In this document: piece after piece, positions 27,024-35,056 of the stretch | Position numbering within the stretch: the stretch's first letter is position 1 | Layout of the letters: each line of letters opens with the position of its first letter | The notes under the pieces: model-generated | Told to the model about the DNA's origin: nothing | Seen by the model: only the letters and a program-made list of their open reading frames with translations | Databases searched by the model: none | Position numbers and translations under genes: made by a program | Assembly (NCBI GenBank): GCA_934476545.1 | Contig: CAKSOB010000001.1 | Location: 96,986-160,985 of the forward strand | Source: an uncultured Eubacteriales bacterium | GTDB taxonomy: Bacteria > Bacillota > Clostridia > Oscillospirales > Acutalibacteraceae | DNA: 64,000 bases | Reading direction: 5' to 3'

Positions 27024-28118
27024 GTGTTTTTCAAAAAAGAGACCCCCGCACCCGCTCCAACGATTCCCAATGAACTATACGGCATTTTAAAATATTCTTC
27101 TCAAAATATCGGCGATGAAATTCAAAGTGTTGCCGCTATGCGGTTTTTGCCAAAAATCGACTATTACTGCCACAGAGAACGGTTGGATCAATTTCATCTT
27201 CCTGAAGAGCAGGCAGGGCAAAAACTGAAGCTGATTATGAACGCTTGGTGGATGTGGCAGCCAAAGCACTTTCCACCTTCCGAGGACATTGATCCGCTGT
27301 TGGTTTCCATGCACCTGCGTCGAGATTTGGCAGAGGATTTCAAGCGTCCTGAAATTTTGGAGTACCTCCGAAAGCACGGTCCGGTTGGCTGCAGAGATAT
27401 GCACACCAAGCGGTATCTGGACGAATTGGAGGTACCGGCATATTTCTCCGGCTGCCTGACTATGACACTGAAAGGCAACCCTGCGTATCGGAAAAAGAAG
27501 GGCAACGACTATGTGCTGTGCGTAGACCTGCCAAAGCACATTGAGGATGAAATCCGCACCCGCACCGATCGTCCGGTCTTTAATGTCAGTCGGATGCTGT
27601 CCGTTGCATTTACTGCAAAAAATCGCTTGGAGTTGGCAAAAATTATGCTGGCACTGTACCACAACGCTCACTGTATTGTTACCTCTCGCCTGCACGTTGC
27701 GCTACCAAGCACCGCATTCGGCACACCGGTTTGTTTGGTTATGCTGAATAAAGAGGATCGCCGTGGACGCTTTGAAGGCATGGAAGGCTTCTTCCACCAG
27801 TTCCCGGAAGACGATTTCATGGAGAACAAAAAGATTTATAACTTCGATAATCCGCCGCAGAACCCAAACAAGCACCTGAAAATGCGGGAAGATTTGGTAC
27901 AAACCGCTTCTGCTTTTACCGGCTATGACAGTCCTACTCCGCTGTTTGACGAAAACTACGAGCCACTTGTAGAACTGATAAAGTTGTTAGAGATGAAGTT
28001 AGATAAAAACAGAGATGTTCTGAAACGAATGTTGATTTTTGCTACTACCGATGAATTGATAGATGCGCTTTATCAAAAGAGAATTGAGAAAAAATCAAAA
28101 TACGATTTGGAATACTAA
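27024..28118 (+). CDS. Polysaccharide pyruvyl transferase family protein
   Basis: QNIGDEIQ near the N-terminus and IVTSRLHVALPSTAFGTPVCLV. GTG start 5-6 nt after AAGGAGGAG. Confidence 0.6.
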   Translation: MFFKKETPAPAPTIPNELYGILKYSSQNIGDEIQSVAAMRFLPKIDYYCHRERLDQFHLPEEQAGQKLKLIMNAWWMWQPKHFPPSEDIDPLLVSMHLRRDLAEDFKRPEILEYLRKHGPVGCRDMHTKRYLDELEVPAYFSGCLTMTLKGNPAYRKKKGNDYVLCVDLPKHIEDEIRTRTDRPVFNVSRMLSVAFTAKNRLELAKIMLALYHNAHCIVTSRLHVALPSTAFGTPVCLVMLNKEDRRGRFEGMEGFFHQFPEDDFMENKKIYNFDNPPQNPNKHLKMREDLVQTASAFTGYDSPTPLFDENYEPLVELIKLLEMKLDKNRDVLKRMLIFATTDELIDALYQKRIEKKSKYDLEY

Positions 28119-28137
28119 TTTATTTTGTATATTAAAT

Positions 28138-28172
28138 AAGAAACCCGAAGCAATCGCTTCGGGTTTCTTATT
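28138..28172. terminator. Bidirectional intrinsic terminator
   Basis: AAGAAACCCGAAGC-loop-GCTTCGGGTTTCTT between convergent genes. Confidence 0.75.
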
Positions 28173-29004
28173 TCCGGGAAATCAGCACATCTAGCATTGG
28201 CTTTACTCTTTCATAAATAGCATCTAAATCGGTGTGCGGCAAGGGATTTTCTCCTTTGCCCACTTCAATAGTAAATGCCGGACGATGAAATTCTTCCAAA
28301 AACCAATCCTTCATTCCTCCACCCACCGCCAACCCCTCCGGCTCCGCAACATGATACCCACTGACCGCCGCCATCGCATTGGCAATCTCTAAGCTATAAC
28401 GAGGCGTATGCTCCCCGTATTGCCAATAAATTTCTTCTCCCTGACTGTGCAGGACTGCCGCCATGGAAAACTGCTCCCGTCGGCAAAGCTGCGCCAATCC
28501 GTGACTTTCCGGTTCGCTCTCCGGATAATACCCTCCAAACCGTGTGGGAGCAAATTCTGTGATTCCGGCTGCGATTTCTCTTTGCCGCAAATCCCGCCAC
28601 CCTGCATCAAAATTATGGTTTAAATCAACCCCTCTGCCGTTGGCTTGCCAACAATGGGTATCCCCCTTGCTCACACGCCGAACCAACGGCGCAAACCGTC
28701 CCGCCTGCGCAATACCGCCTGTTTCAATCGCCACGCCGTCCGGATTCACCATCGGCACAATCGTTACCTGACATGGTAAAATTGGTTCTTTCAACAGCTC
28801 CTGCGTGTACCGCATCAACAAATCTGTCGTAAGGTGTTCCATCCCATGTACCGCTCCCGCCAACAGGACCGATTGCCTGCCGCTTCCCAAGTGCAATGCA
28901 TGAAGGGAGCGTCCAAGCCAACTGCATCCGAACACCTCTGTTTTTAACGATGGGTGACAGCGTTTCAGTTCTATCAATTCTCGCTGAAATTCGGAATAAT
29001 CCAA
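28168..29004 (-). CDS. M14-family zinc peptidase (gamma-D-glutamyl-meso-diaminopimelate peptidase-like)
   Basis: VHGMEH (HxxE), VPMVNPDG, DLNHNF and LHSQGEEIYW motifs. Confidence 0.8.
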   Translation of the reverse strand: MDYSEFQRELIELKRCHPSLKTEVFGCSWLGRSLHALHLGSGRQSVLLAGAVHGMEHLTTDLLMRYTQELLKEPILPCQVTIVPMVNPDGVAIETGGIAQAGRFAPLVRRVSKGDTHCWQANGRGVDLNHNFDAGWRDLRQREIAAGITEFAPTRFGGYYPESEPESHGLAQLCRREQFSMAAVLHSQGEEIYWQYGEHTPRYSLEIANAMAAVSGYHVAEPEGLAVGGGMKDWFLEEFHRPAFTIEVGKGENPLPHTDLDAIYERVKPMLDVLISRK

Positions 29005-29099
29005 AAAATCCCCTCCTCCTTCTGCTTGCTATCTCTAATCTTATGGAGTACAATAGGATTGTATTCCATAAGATTGCATTCCAGAAAGGTTGCGTTATC

Positions 29100-29651
29100 A
29101 TGTATGAGCATTTGATTGAACATTGTGTAGAGAAAAATGTGATTTATTCCGGACGAATTATTGAAGTGCGAAACGATACGGTACGGCTGCCAAACGGCAA
29201 TTTAGCAGGCAGAGAAGTGGTAGACCACTGCGGCGGCGTAACCATTGCCGCTCTCACCGAGGATAACTGCTTGCTGTTTGTGCGCCAGTACCGCTATCCT
29301 CACGATGAAGTTTTGTTGGAGTTGCCTGCCGGCAAGTTGGAAAAGGGCGAAGATCCCTTTGAAGCAGGCAAACGGGAATTGCTGGAGGAAACCGGTGCCC
29401 TGGGCAAGGATTACCGCTTTATGGGCATTGCTTATCCCAGTCCCGGCTGCTACAAAGAAGAACTGTACCTGTACGCTTGCCGTGTGGCCTCTCTGGGCGA
29501 GTATTGCCCCGATGAGGATGAATTTCTCGATGTAGAAAAAATCCCCTTAAACGAAGCCGTAGCCATGTGTATGCGCAATGAGATTCCCGACGCAAAAACA
29601 CAAATTCTCTTACTGAAGGTTGCACGACTGGTAGAGCAGGGCGAATTATAA
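29100..29651 (+). CDS. NUDIX hydrolase (ADP-ribose pyrophosphatase-like)
   Basis: Nudix box GKLEKGEDPFEAGKRELLEETG. The inner ATG at 29100 avoids overlap with the divergent M14 gene. Confidence 0.85.
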   Translation: MYEHLIEHCVEKNVIYSGRIIEVRNDTVRLPNGNLAGREVVDHCGGVTIAALTEDNCLLFVRQYRYPHDEVLLELPAGKLEKGEDPFEAGKRELLEETGALGKDYRFMGIAYPSPGCYKEELYLYACRVASLGEYCPDEDEFLDVEKIPLNEAVAMCMRNEIPDAKTQILLLKVARLVEQGEL

Positions 29652-29663
29652 AAAAAGCCAAAA

Positions 29664-29692
29664 GAAAAAGCTCCCGAAAGGGAGCTTTTTTG
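29664..29692. terminator. Bidirectional intrinsic terminator
   Basis: AGCTCCC-GAAA-GGGAGCT with A- and T-runs. Confidence 0.75.
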
Positions 29693-29700
29693 TTTCTAGT

Positions 29701-30300
29701 TTAATAAGGAGTATAGATATAATCATAGTCCGGGTCGCACTGGTAAAGCTGGCTGTACAACTCTTTGGCTTTATCCCGATACAAGTTTTTTACCCCCATA
29801 GCAGACTCCAGTGTTCCGTTGGTTCCGTCACCCGCCTCGGATTTGATTTTCGCAATGGCATCCTCCAAGCTGTCGTTCCATGCTTTTTGGTCTGCCTCTA
29901 TTTCTTGCTGACCGTTTCCACAGGTCTGCTTTTCCATCAGCAGTTGATAGGCATGGGAAATTTCAGACTTCCACAAGCCGGCGTAAGTACTTTCCAGTGC
30001 AATCATTTCCTGATTGGTGGTTACTTCCTCCGACTGCTGATTATAAGCTGCGTCAATCGGGTTTTCCTCAAACTTTTTTTCAAAAGCCTCTTCTAGTACC
30101 GGATCAGACGATTCCGACTCGGTGCTGCTTTGTGCAGCGGAAGATGTGGACTCCGAAGCGGTGCTTTCTGTCTGAGAAGAGGCAGAAGCTACCGGAGCGG
30201 TACTGCTCTCTGTGGTAGAAGATTCCCCGCAGCCGGTCAAACCGACGGCCGCTACCAACATTGCGCCGCAAATCAGGGCGATCCATTTCTGTTTCATCAA
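29701..30300 (-). CDS. Hypothetical lipoprotein
   Basis: Lipobox LTGCGESS after a signal peptide, an S/T-rich linker and a helical C-terminal domain. Confidence 0.6.
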   Translation of the reverse strand: MMKQKWIALICGAMLVAAVGLTGCGESSTTESSTAPVASASSQTESTASESTSSAAQSSTESESSDPVLEEAFEKKFEENPIDAAYNQQSEEVTTNQEMIALESTYAGLWKSEISHAYQLLMEKQTCGNGQQEIEADQKAWNDSLEDAIAKIKSEAGDGTNGTLESAMGVKNLYRDKAKELYSQLYQCDPDYDYIYTPY

Positions 30301-30316
30301 GATACCTCCTTACAAG

Positions 30317-32107
30317 TTACTCCTCGTCTTGGGGCAGGATGGCAATGCCCAACTCCTCCAGTTGCTTTTCGTCTACAACGCCCGGAGAATTGGTCATCAG
30401 CTCACCGGAGCTGGCAACCTTCGGGAAGGCAATGACATCACGAATGCTCTCGGAATCGGTCATCAACATGACCAAACGATCCAAACCGAATGCCATGCCA
30501 CCGTGTGGCGGTGCGCCATACTGGAATGCGTCAATCAGATAACCAAACTGTGCGTGTGCAGACTCTGGTGTAAAGCCCAGTGCCTCAAACATGGTTTCCT
30601 GCAGCTCCGGATCGTTAATACGGATGGAACCGCCGCCTACCTCGTTGCCATTCAGCACCATATCATATGCCTTTGCGCAAACCTTCTCCGGTGCAGTTTT
30701 CAGCATTGGAATATCCTCATCCCGTGGCATGGTGAATGGGTGGTGCTTTGCTACAAAACGATTTTCTTCCTCGTCAAACTCCAACAGTGGGAAATCTGTT
30801 ACCCACAGCAGATTTGGCTTGCTGGTGTCTGCCAGAGAGAAGCGCTTTGCCAACTCGCAGCGCAGCGCGCCAAGAGAATCAAACACAACCTGCTGCTTCG
30901 GGCTTGCAACCAACATGAGAATATCGCCGGTTTCTGCGTTCATTTTCTTCCGAACAGCTTCTACCTCTTCCTCTGCCAAGAATTTCTCAAAGCTGGAAGA
31001 CTCGCCTTTTTCGGTCAGACGTGTCCAAGCGATGCCCATAGCGCCGTAATCCTTAATCCACTCGGTCAGCTTGTCGATTTCCTTTCGGCTCAGTTGATCG
31101 GCATAGCCCTTCAGATTCAAGCCACGAACTGCACCGCCGTTCTGCAACGCATTGGCAAACACACGGAACTCTGTGTTCTTCAGAACATCGCTGACATCAA
31201 TCAGTTCCAGTCCAAAGCGCAGATCCGGCTTATCGGAACCAAACCGCTCCATTGCCTCTTGGTATGGCAGACGTGGAAATGGTGTTTCGATGTCCACATT
31301 CAGCACTTCTTTATAGACACGCTTCATGAAGCCTTCACCAATTGCCATAACGTCATCCGGTGTTACAAAGGACATCTCCAAGTCAATTTGGGTAAACTCC
31401 GGTTGACGGTCGGCACGCAGGTCTTCGTCACGGAAACAGCGGGCAATCTGCATATAGCGGTCAAAGCCGGACAGCATCAACAGCTGCTTATACTGCTGCG
31501 GAGACTGTGGCAACGCAAAGAAACGGCCCGGGAACACACGAGAAGGAACCAGGTAATCTCTTGCGCCTTCCGGTGTGGAAACAATCAGGTTTGGAGTTTC
31601 AATCTCCAGGAATCCGTTGTCATCAAAGTAATCTCGCGCTACCTTAGTAATCTTGTGGCGAGTGATGATTTTCTCCTGCATATCGCTGCGGCGCAAGTCC
31701 AAATAGCGATACTTCAGGCGCAAATCTTCCTTTACCTTAGAATGCTCTACAATTTCAAAAGGTGGTGTTTCACTCTTTGCCAAGATACGCAAATCGGTAA
31801 CAAACAGCTCTACGTCACCGGTTGGAATCTCGCTGTTTTTTGCGGAGCGCTCCCGCAAAGAGCCCTTGGCAGCCAACACGAACTCTGAGCGAATTGCGAA
31901 AGCTTTCTCAAAAATTTCTCGATTGGTACCATCATCAAAAGCCAACTGCAAAATACCGCTGCGATCCCGCAGGTCAATAAAAATCAGTTGTCCTAAATCT
32001 CTTTGACGCTGTACCCAACCGCAAACGGTAATCTCACTGCCTATATCTTCCATCCGAAGATCTCCGCAGTAATGGGTGCGTTTTAATCCTGTCATTGTAT
32101 CAGCCAT
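30317..32107 (-). CDS. aspS: Aspartate--tRNA ligase
   Basis: FRDEDLRADRQPEFTQID, QSPQQYKQLLM and GGGSIRI motifs. Start is MADTMTGLKRTHYCG with AGGAGA upstream. Confidence 0.95.
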   Translation of the reverse strand: MADTMTGLKRTHYCGDLRMEDIGSEITVCGWVQRQRDLGQLIFIDLRDRSGILQLAFDDGTNREIFEKAFAIRSEFVLAAKGSLRERSAKNSEIPTGDVELFVTDLRILAKSETPPFEIVEHSKVKEDLRLKYRYLDLRRSDMQEKIITRHKITKVARDYFDDNGFLEIETPNLIVSTPEGARDYLVPSRVFPGRFFALPQSPQQYKQLLMLSGFDRYMQIARCFRDEDLRADRQPEFTQIDLEMSFVTPDDVMAIGEGFMKRVYKEVLNVDIETPFPRLPYQEAMERFGSDKPDLRFGLELIDVSDVLKNTEFRVFANALQNGGAVRGLNLKGYADQLSRKEIDKLTEWIKDYGAMGIAWTRLTEKGESSSFEKFLAEEEVEAVRKKMNAETGDILMLVASPKQQVVFDSLGALRCELAKRFSLADTSKPNLLWVTDFPLLEFDEEENRFVAKHHPFTMPRDEDIPMLKTAPEKVCAKAYDMVLNGNEVGGGSIRINDPELQETMFEALGFTPESAHAQFGYLIDAFQYGAPPHGGMAFGLDRLVMLMTDSESIRDVIAFPKVASSGELMTNSPGVVDEKQLEELGIAILPQDEE

Positions 32108-32198
32108 GATTGTGTTCTCTCCTGCTTTTAAATGTATGTATAATCTATGGAATCCCATACAGGGATTCTAAAAAATTTATAATAACGATCGTTCTGTT

Positions 32199-33509
32199 TT
32201 AGAAGGTGAGGGTTTCCATCAGTTGGTTATCCTCATCCATGGTTACACGGGTAACAAAATCCTCAATGAATTTCTCATCCAGTACAATGTCGGAGGTTTC
32301 GCCGGTTGCCATGTTTTTCAGCTTTGCAACATTCTGCTCAATCTCCTGGTCACCGATGACCACACTGTATTTTGCGCCAATCTTGTTGGCGTACTTCATC
32401 TGTGCTTTCAGGCTTCTGCCGCAAACATCACAAGCGGCAAAAATGGAGCACTCCCGCAGCATGGTGGTGAGTGCAAAGGCTTTTGCCTCTGCCGCTGCAC
32501 CCATGGATGCCAGATAAACCTCACATTTTTCCGGCTCCGGAAGCTCAATGTCTTGCGCTTCCATAATCATCAGTAAGCGCTCCAAACCGATCGCATAACC
32601 CAATGCCGGTGTAGATGCGCCACCCATTTCTTCTACCAAACCATCATAGCGGCCACCACCACAAACGGTGCTTTGTGCGCCCAAATCGGTAGAAACAAAC
32701 TCAAATACCGTGCGAGTATAGTAGTCCAAGCCGCGCACGATCATCGGATTAACTGTGAACTCTATGCCCGCCTCGGTAAGATACTGCTGTACCTTTGTAA
32801 AGTGGTCGCTGCACTCATCACAAAGGTAATCCTTCATCATTGGGGCACTGGAAGCAATCTCACTGCAAACAGGACTTTTACAGTCCAGAATTCGCATCGG
32901 GTTGCGCTCCAAACGATCCAAGCAAGTTTCACACAGTTCTTCCTTATGCTCATAGAAGTAAGCCTTCAGTGCTTCATAATACTTTGCACGACATTCCGGA
33001 CAGCCGATGGAGTTCAACTCCAACTTAATATTTCGCAGACCCAATCGGTCAAAAATGCTGCTGACCATCGTAATCAGCTCTGCATCCGCCACGGGGGACG
33101 GTGCGCCGAATACCTCTGCGCCAAACTGGTGAAACTCCCGCAGACGACCCTTTTGGGTATTTTCGTAGCGGTAACAAGAGGTCAGGTAATACAGCTTTAC
33201 CGGAAAGCCCTCGTTATACAAAGCGTGCTCCAGCATTGCCCGTACTGCACCGGAAGTGCCCTCCGGACGCAAGGTTACAGAACGGTTTCCTTTATCCAAA
33301 AAGGTATACATTTCTTTTTGTACTACGTCTGTGGTTTCTCCAACAGAACGCTGAAACAACTCGGTGTGTTCAAATACCGGTGTGCGAACCTCCTGAAATC
33401 CGTTCACCGTTGCTTCGCTGCGCAGAATATCCTCTACAAGCTGCCAAGTTTCGCTTTCACCCGGGAGAATATCCTGGGTGCCTTTTGGTGCTTTTGTCAA
33501 TAATGCCAT
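32199..33509 (-). CDS. hisS: Histidine--tRNA ligase
   Basis: Class II motifs including GGGRYDGLVEEMGG, in hisS-aspS order as in Bacillus. Confidence 0.95.
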   Translation of the reverse strand: MALLTKAPKGTQDILPGESETWQLVEDILRSEATVNGFQEVRTPVFEHTELFQRSVGETTDVVQKEMYTFLDKGNRSVTLRPEGTSGAVRAMLEHALYNEGFPVKLYYLTSCYRYENTQKGRLREFHQFGAEVFGAPSPVADAELITMVSSIFDRLGLRNIKLELNSIGCPECRAKYYEALKAYFYEHKEELCETCLDRLERNPMRILDCKSPVCSEIASSAPMMKDYLCDECSDHFTKVQQYLTEAGIEFTVNPMIVRGLDYYTRTVFEFVSTDLGAQSTVCGGGRYDGLVEEMGGASTPALGYAIGLERLLMIMEAQDIELPEPEKCEVYLASMGAAAEAKAFALTTMLRECSIFAACDVCGRSLKAQMKYANKIGAKYSVVIGDQEIEQNVAKLKNMATGETSDIVLDEKFIEDFVTRVTMDEDNQLMETLTF

Positions 33510-33552
33510 GATGTTCCTCCAAAATTTCTTCCTGTTTTACTGCAATGATAAC

Positions 33553-33584
33553 ATGAAAACGCCCCCGTCGCAGACGAGGGGGGA
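33553..33584 (-). terminator. Probable intrinsic terminator after mgsA
   Basis: G/C-rich bulged hairpin CCCCCCTCGTC..GACGGGGG followed by CGTTTT on the minus strand. Confidence 0.5.
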
Positions 33585-33588
33585 TCAT

Positions 33589-33987
33589 TTAATTTCTAAC
33601 AATATCTCTCCAATCCAGGTCGCCCCGCTCCAAACCGTGGATCAGGATCTCTGCCGAAGCAATATTCGTTGCAAACGGAATATTGTGCATATCGCACAGA
33701 CGCAGAAGATTCATATCGTTTGGCTCGTGTGCCTTGGGAGAAAGGGAGTCACGGAAAAATAACAACATATCAATTTCATTGCAGGAGATACGAGAGGCGA
33801 TCTGCTGTGCGCCGCCTTGTGATCCGGCTAAATACCGCTGAATCCGTAAACCGGTAGCCTCGGCAATCATTTTGCCGGTGGTACTGGTTGCGCAAAGATT
33901 TTGCCGGCTTAAAATGCCGCAATATGCAATGCAAAACTGCACCATGAGCTCTTTTTTGGAATCATGGGCGATCAATGCGATGTTCAT
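33589..33987 (-). CDS. mgsA: Methylglyoxal synthase
   Basis: MNIALIAHDSKKELMV... with full-length similarity to MgsA. Confidence 0.9.
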   Translation of the reverse strand: MNIALIAHDSKKELMVQFCIAYCGILSRQNLCATSTTGKMIAEATGLRIQRYLAGSQGGAQQIASRISCNEIDMLLFFRDSLSPKAHEPNDMNLLRLCDMHNIPFATNIASAEILIHGLERGDLDWRDIVRN

Positions 33988-34030
33988 TTTGAAGTGTGCC
34001 TCCTTATTATGGTTGAATCCATTTTAAATT

Positions 34031-34807
34031 TTATAGTCCCTCCAACCGCCGCAAAGGAATGCGCTCCCCTTGCAGTCGATGCGCAAGACAGTGGATTGCC
34101 ACCGCTCCCGCTTTCCCCTTTTGTCGGAAGGGTGTTTTTTCATAGTGGGTTGTTTCCGCCAGAGCCTCTGTCATTTCGTGTGCGAGGAACGGATCCTCCG
34201 GAACCACTGCCCGCAAGGGAATTCCACAGCGATCAATGACTTCATCCAGGTCGGAAAACGCCCCCTCTTTCCAGAATTGCTTTCGGTGGAACCGATTGAT
34301 CACCAAACCGGAATGCGCCATTTGCTGTCCCAGCGAGGATGTTCGCAATCGGTCGCAGCAAGCAACGCTTCTCTGCTCCGGTGTGACCACCAATAAGGTT
34401 TCGCCTGCTTGTTGTGTGAGTATCCCAAAGCAAGGGCTCCAAAAAGGAACATCTGCGATCACACGGTCATATTCACCGGAAAGCTGAGAAATCCATTCCG
34501 CAAGCATGGATTCCCCGGGAAATTCCGCAGAAGTTACAGGGGGGCGGGTTAGAAAAAGGGTAGAAACAGATTGTGCGGGAAAAATTGCATCCGCAAGTGT
34601 GCAACGCCCCACAGAAACATCCCCTAAATGATAGGGTGTTTCCTCCCCTGTTTCCAACCATTCTGCCGGACCGCCGCAAAGCAGGTTCCAGTCCAGCAGA
34701 AGCGTTTTTTCTTTTAGTAGGGCAAAGGCACAGCCCAGTCCGGCTGCCACCGTCGATTTTCCTGCGCCGCCTGTTGCAGACGACACCACAGTGAGATTGT
34801 GTATCAT
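34031..34807 (-). CDS. Divergent MinD/ParA-family P-loop protein (degenerate deviant Walker A, no membrane-targeting helix)
   Basis: Collinear with MinD (DVSVGRCTLADAIF, VINRFHRK, AVVPEDP, RLQGERIPL). However, the P-loop is SATGGAGKST instead of SGKGGVGKTT, and the protein ends about 12 aa short of the MinD amphipathic helix. Confidence 0.65.
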   Translation of the reverse strand: MIHNLTVVSSATGGAGKSTVAAGLGCAFALLKEKTLLLDWNLLCGGPAEWLETGEETPYHLGDVSVGRCTLADAIFPAQSVSTLFLTRPPVTSAEFPGESMLAEWISQLSGEYDRVIADVPFWSPCFGILTQQAGETLLVVTPEQRSVACCDRLRTSSLGQQMAHSGLVINRFHRKQFWKEGAFSDLDEVIDRCGIPLRAVVPEDPFLAHEMTEALAETTHYEKTPFRQKGKAGAVAIHCLAHRLQGERIPLRRLEGL

Positions 34808-35056
34808 AAAAAATCTACCCTCAAAAATAAAATAAATCGAGTAATTCGATAGCTTTATGCAGTATCATAATACCATAGTTCCCCGAATAATTTCAATAGT
34901 TTTTCGTGAAAAATCCCAATTATTCAGGAGATTTCCATAAACTATTCACAATTCATAGACAACTTTCACAGGTTTTTCTTTTGTTTTTTGGTACACTGCT
35001 AAAGGAATCCCACACCTGTTTCCATTCTTGCCCAAATTGGCAGAACTTCTTCTCGC

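Noticed and set aside
30212-31888. 558-aa plus-strand ORF
   Set aside because: It is antisense to aspS, whose class II aaRS motifs are clear. There is no SD and the composition is not protein-like.
33510-33588. Possible T-box leader upstream of hisS-aspS, as in Bacillus
   Set aside because: The spacer is only about 80 nt and is mostly occupied by the mgsA terminator hairpin. There is no specifier-loop or T-box sequence.
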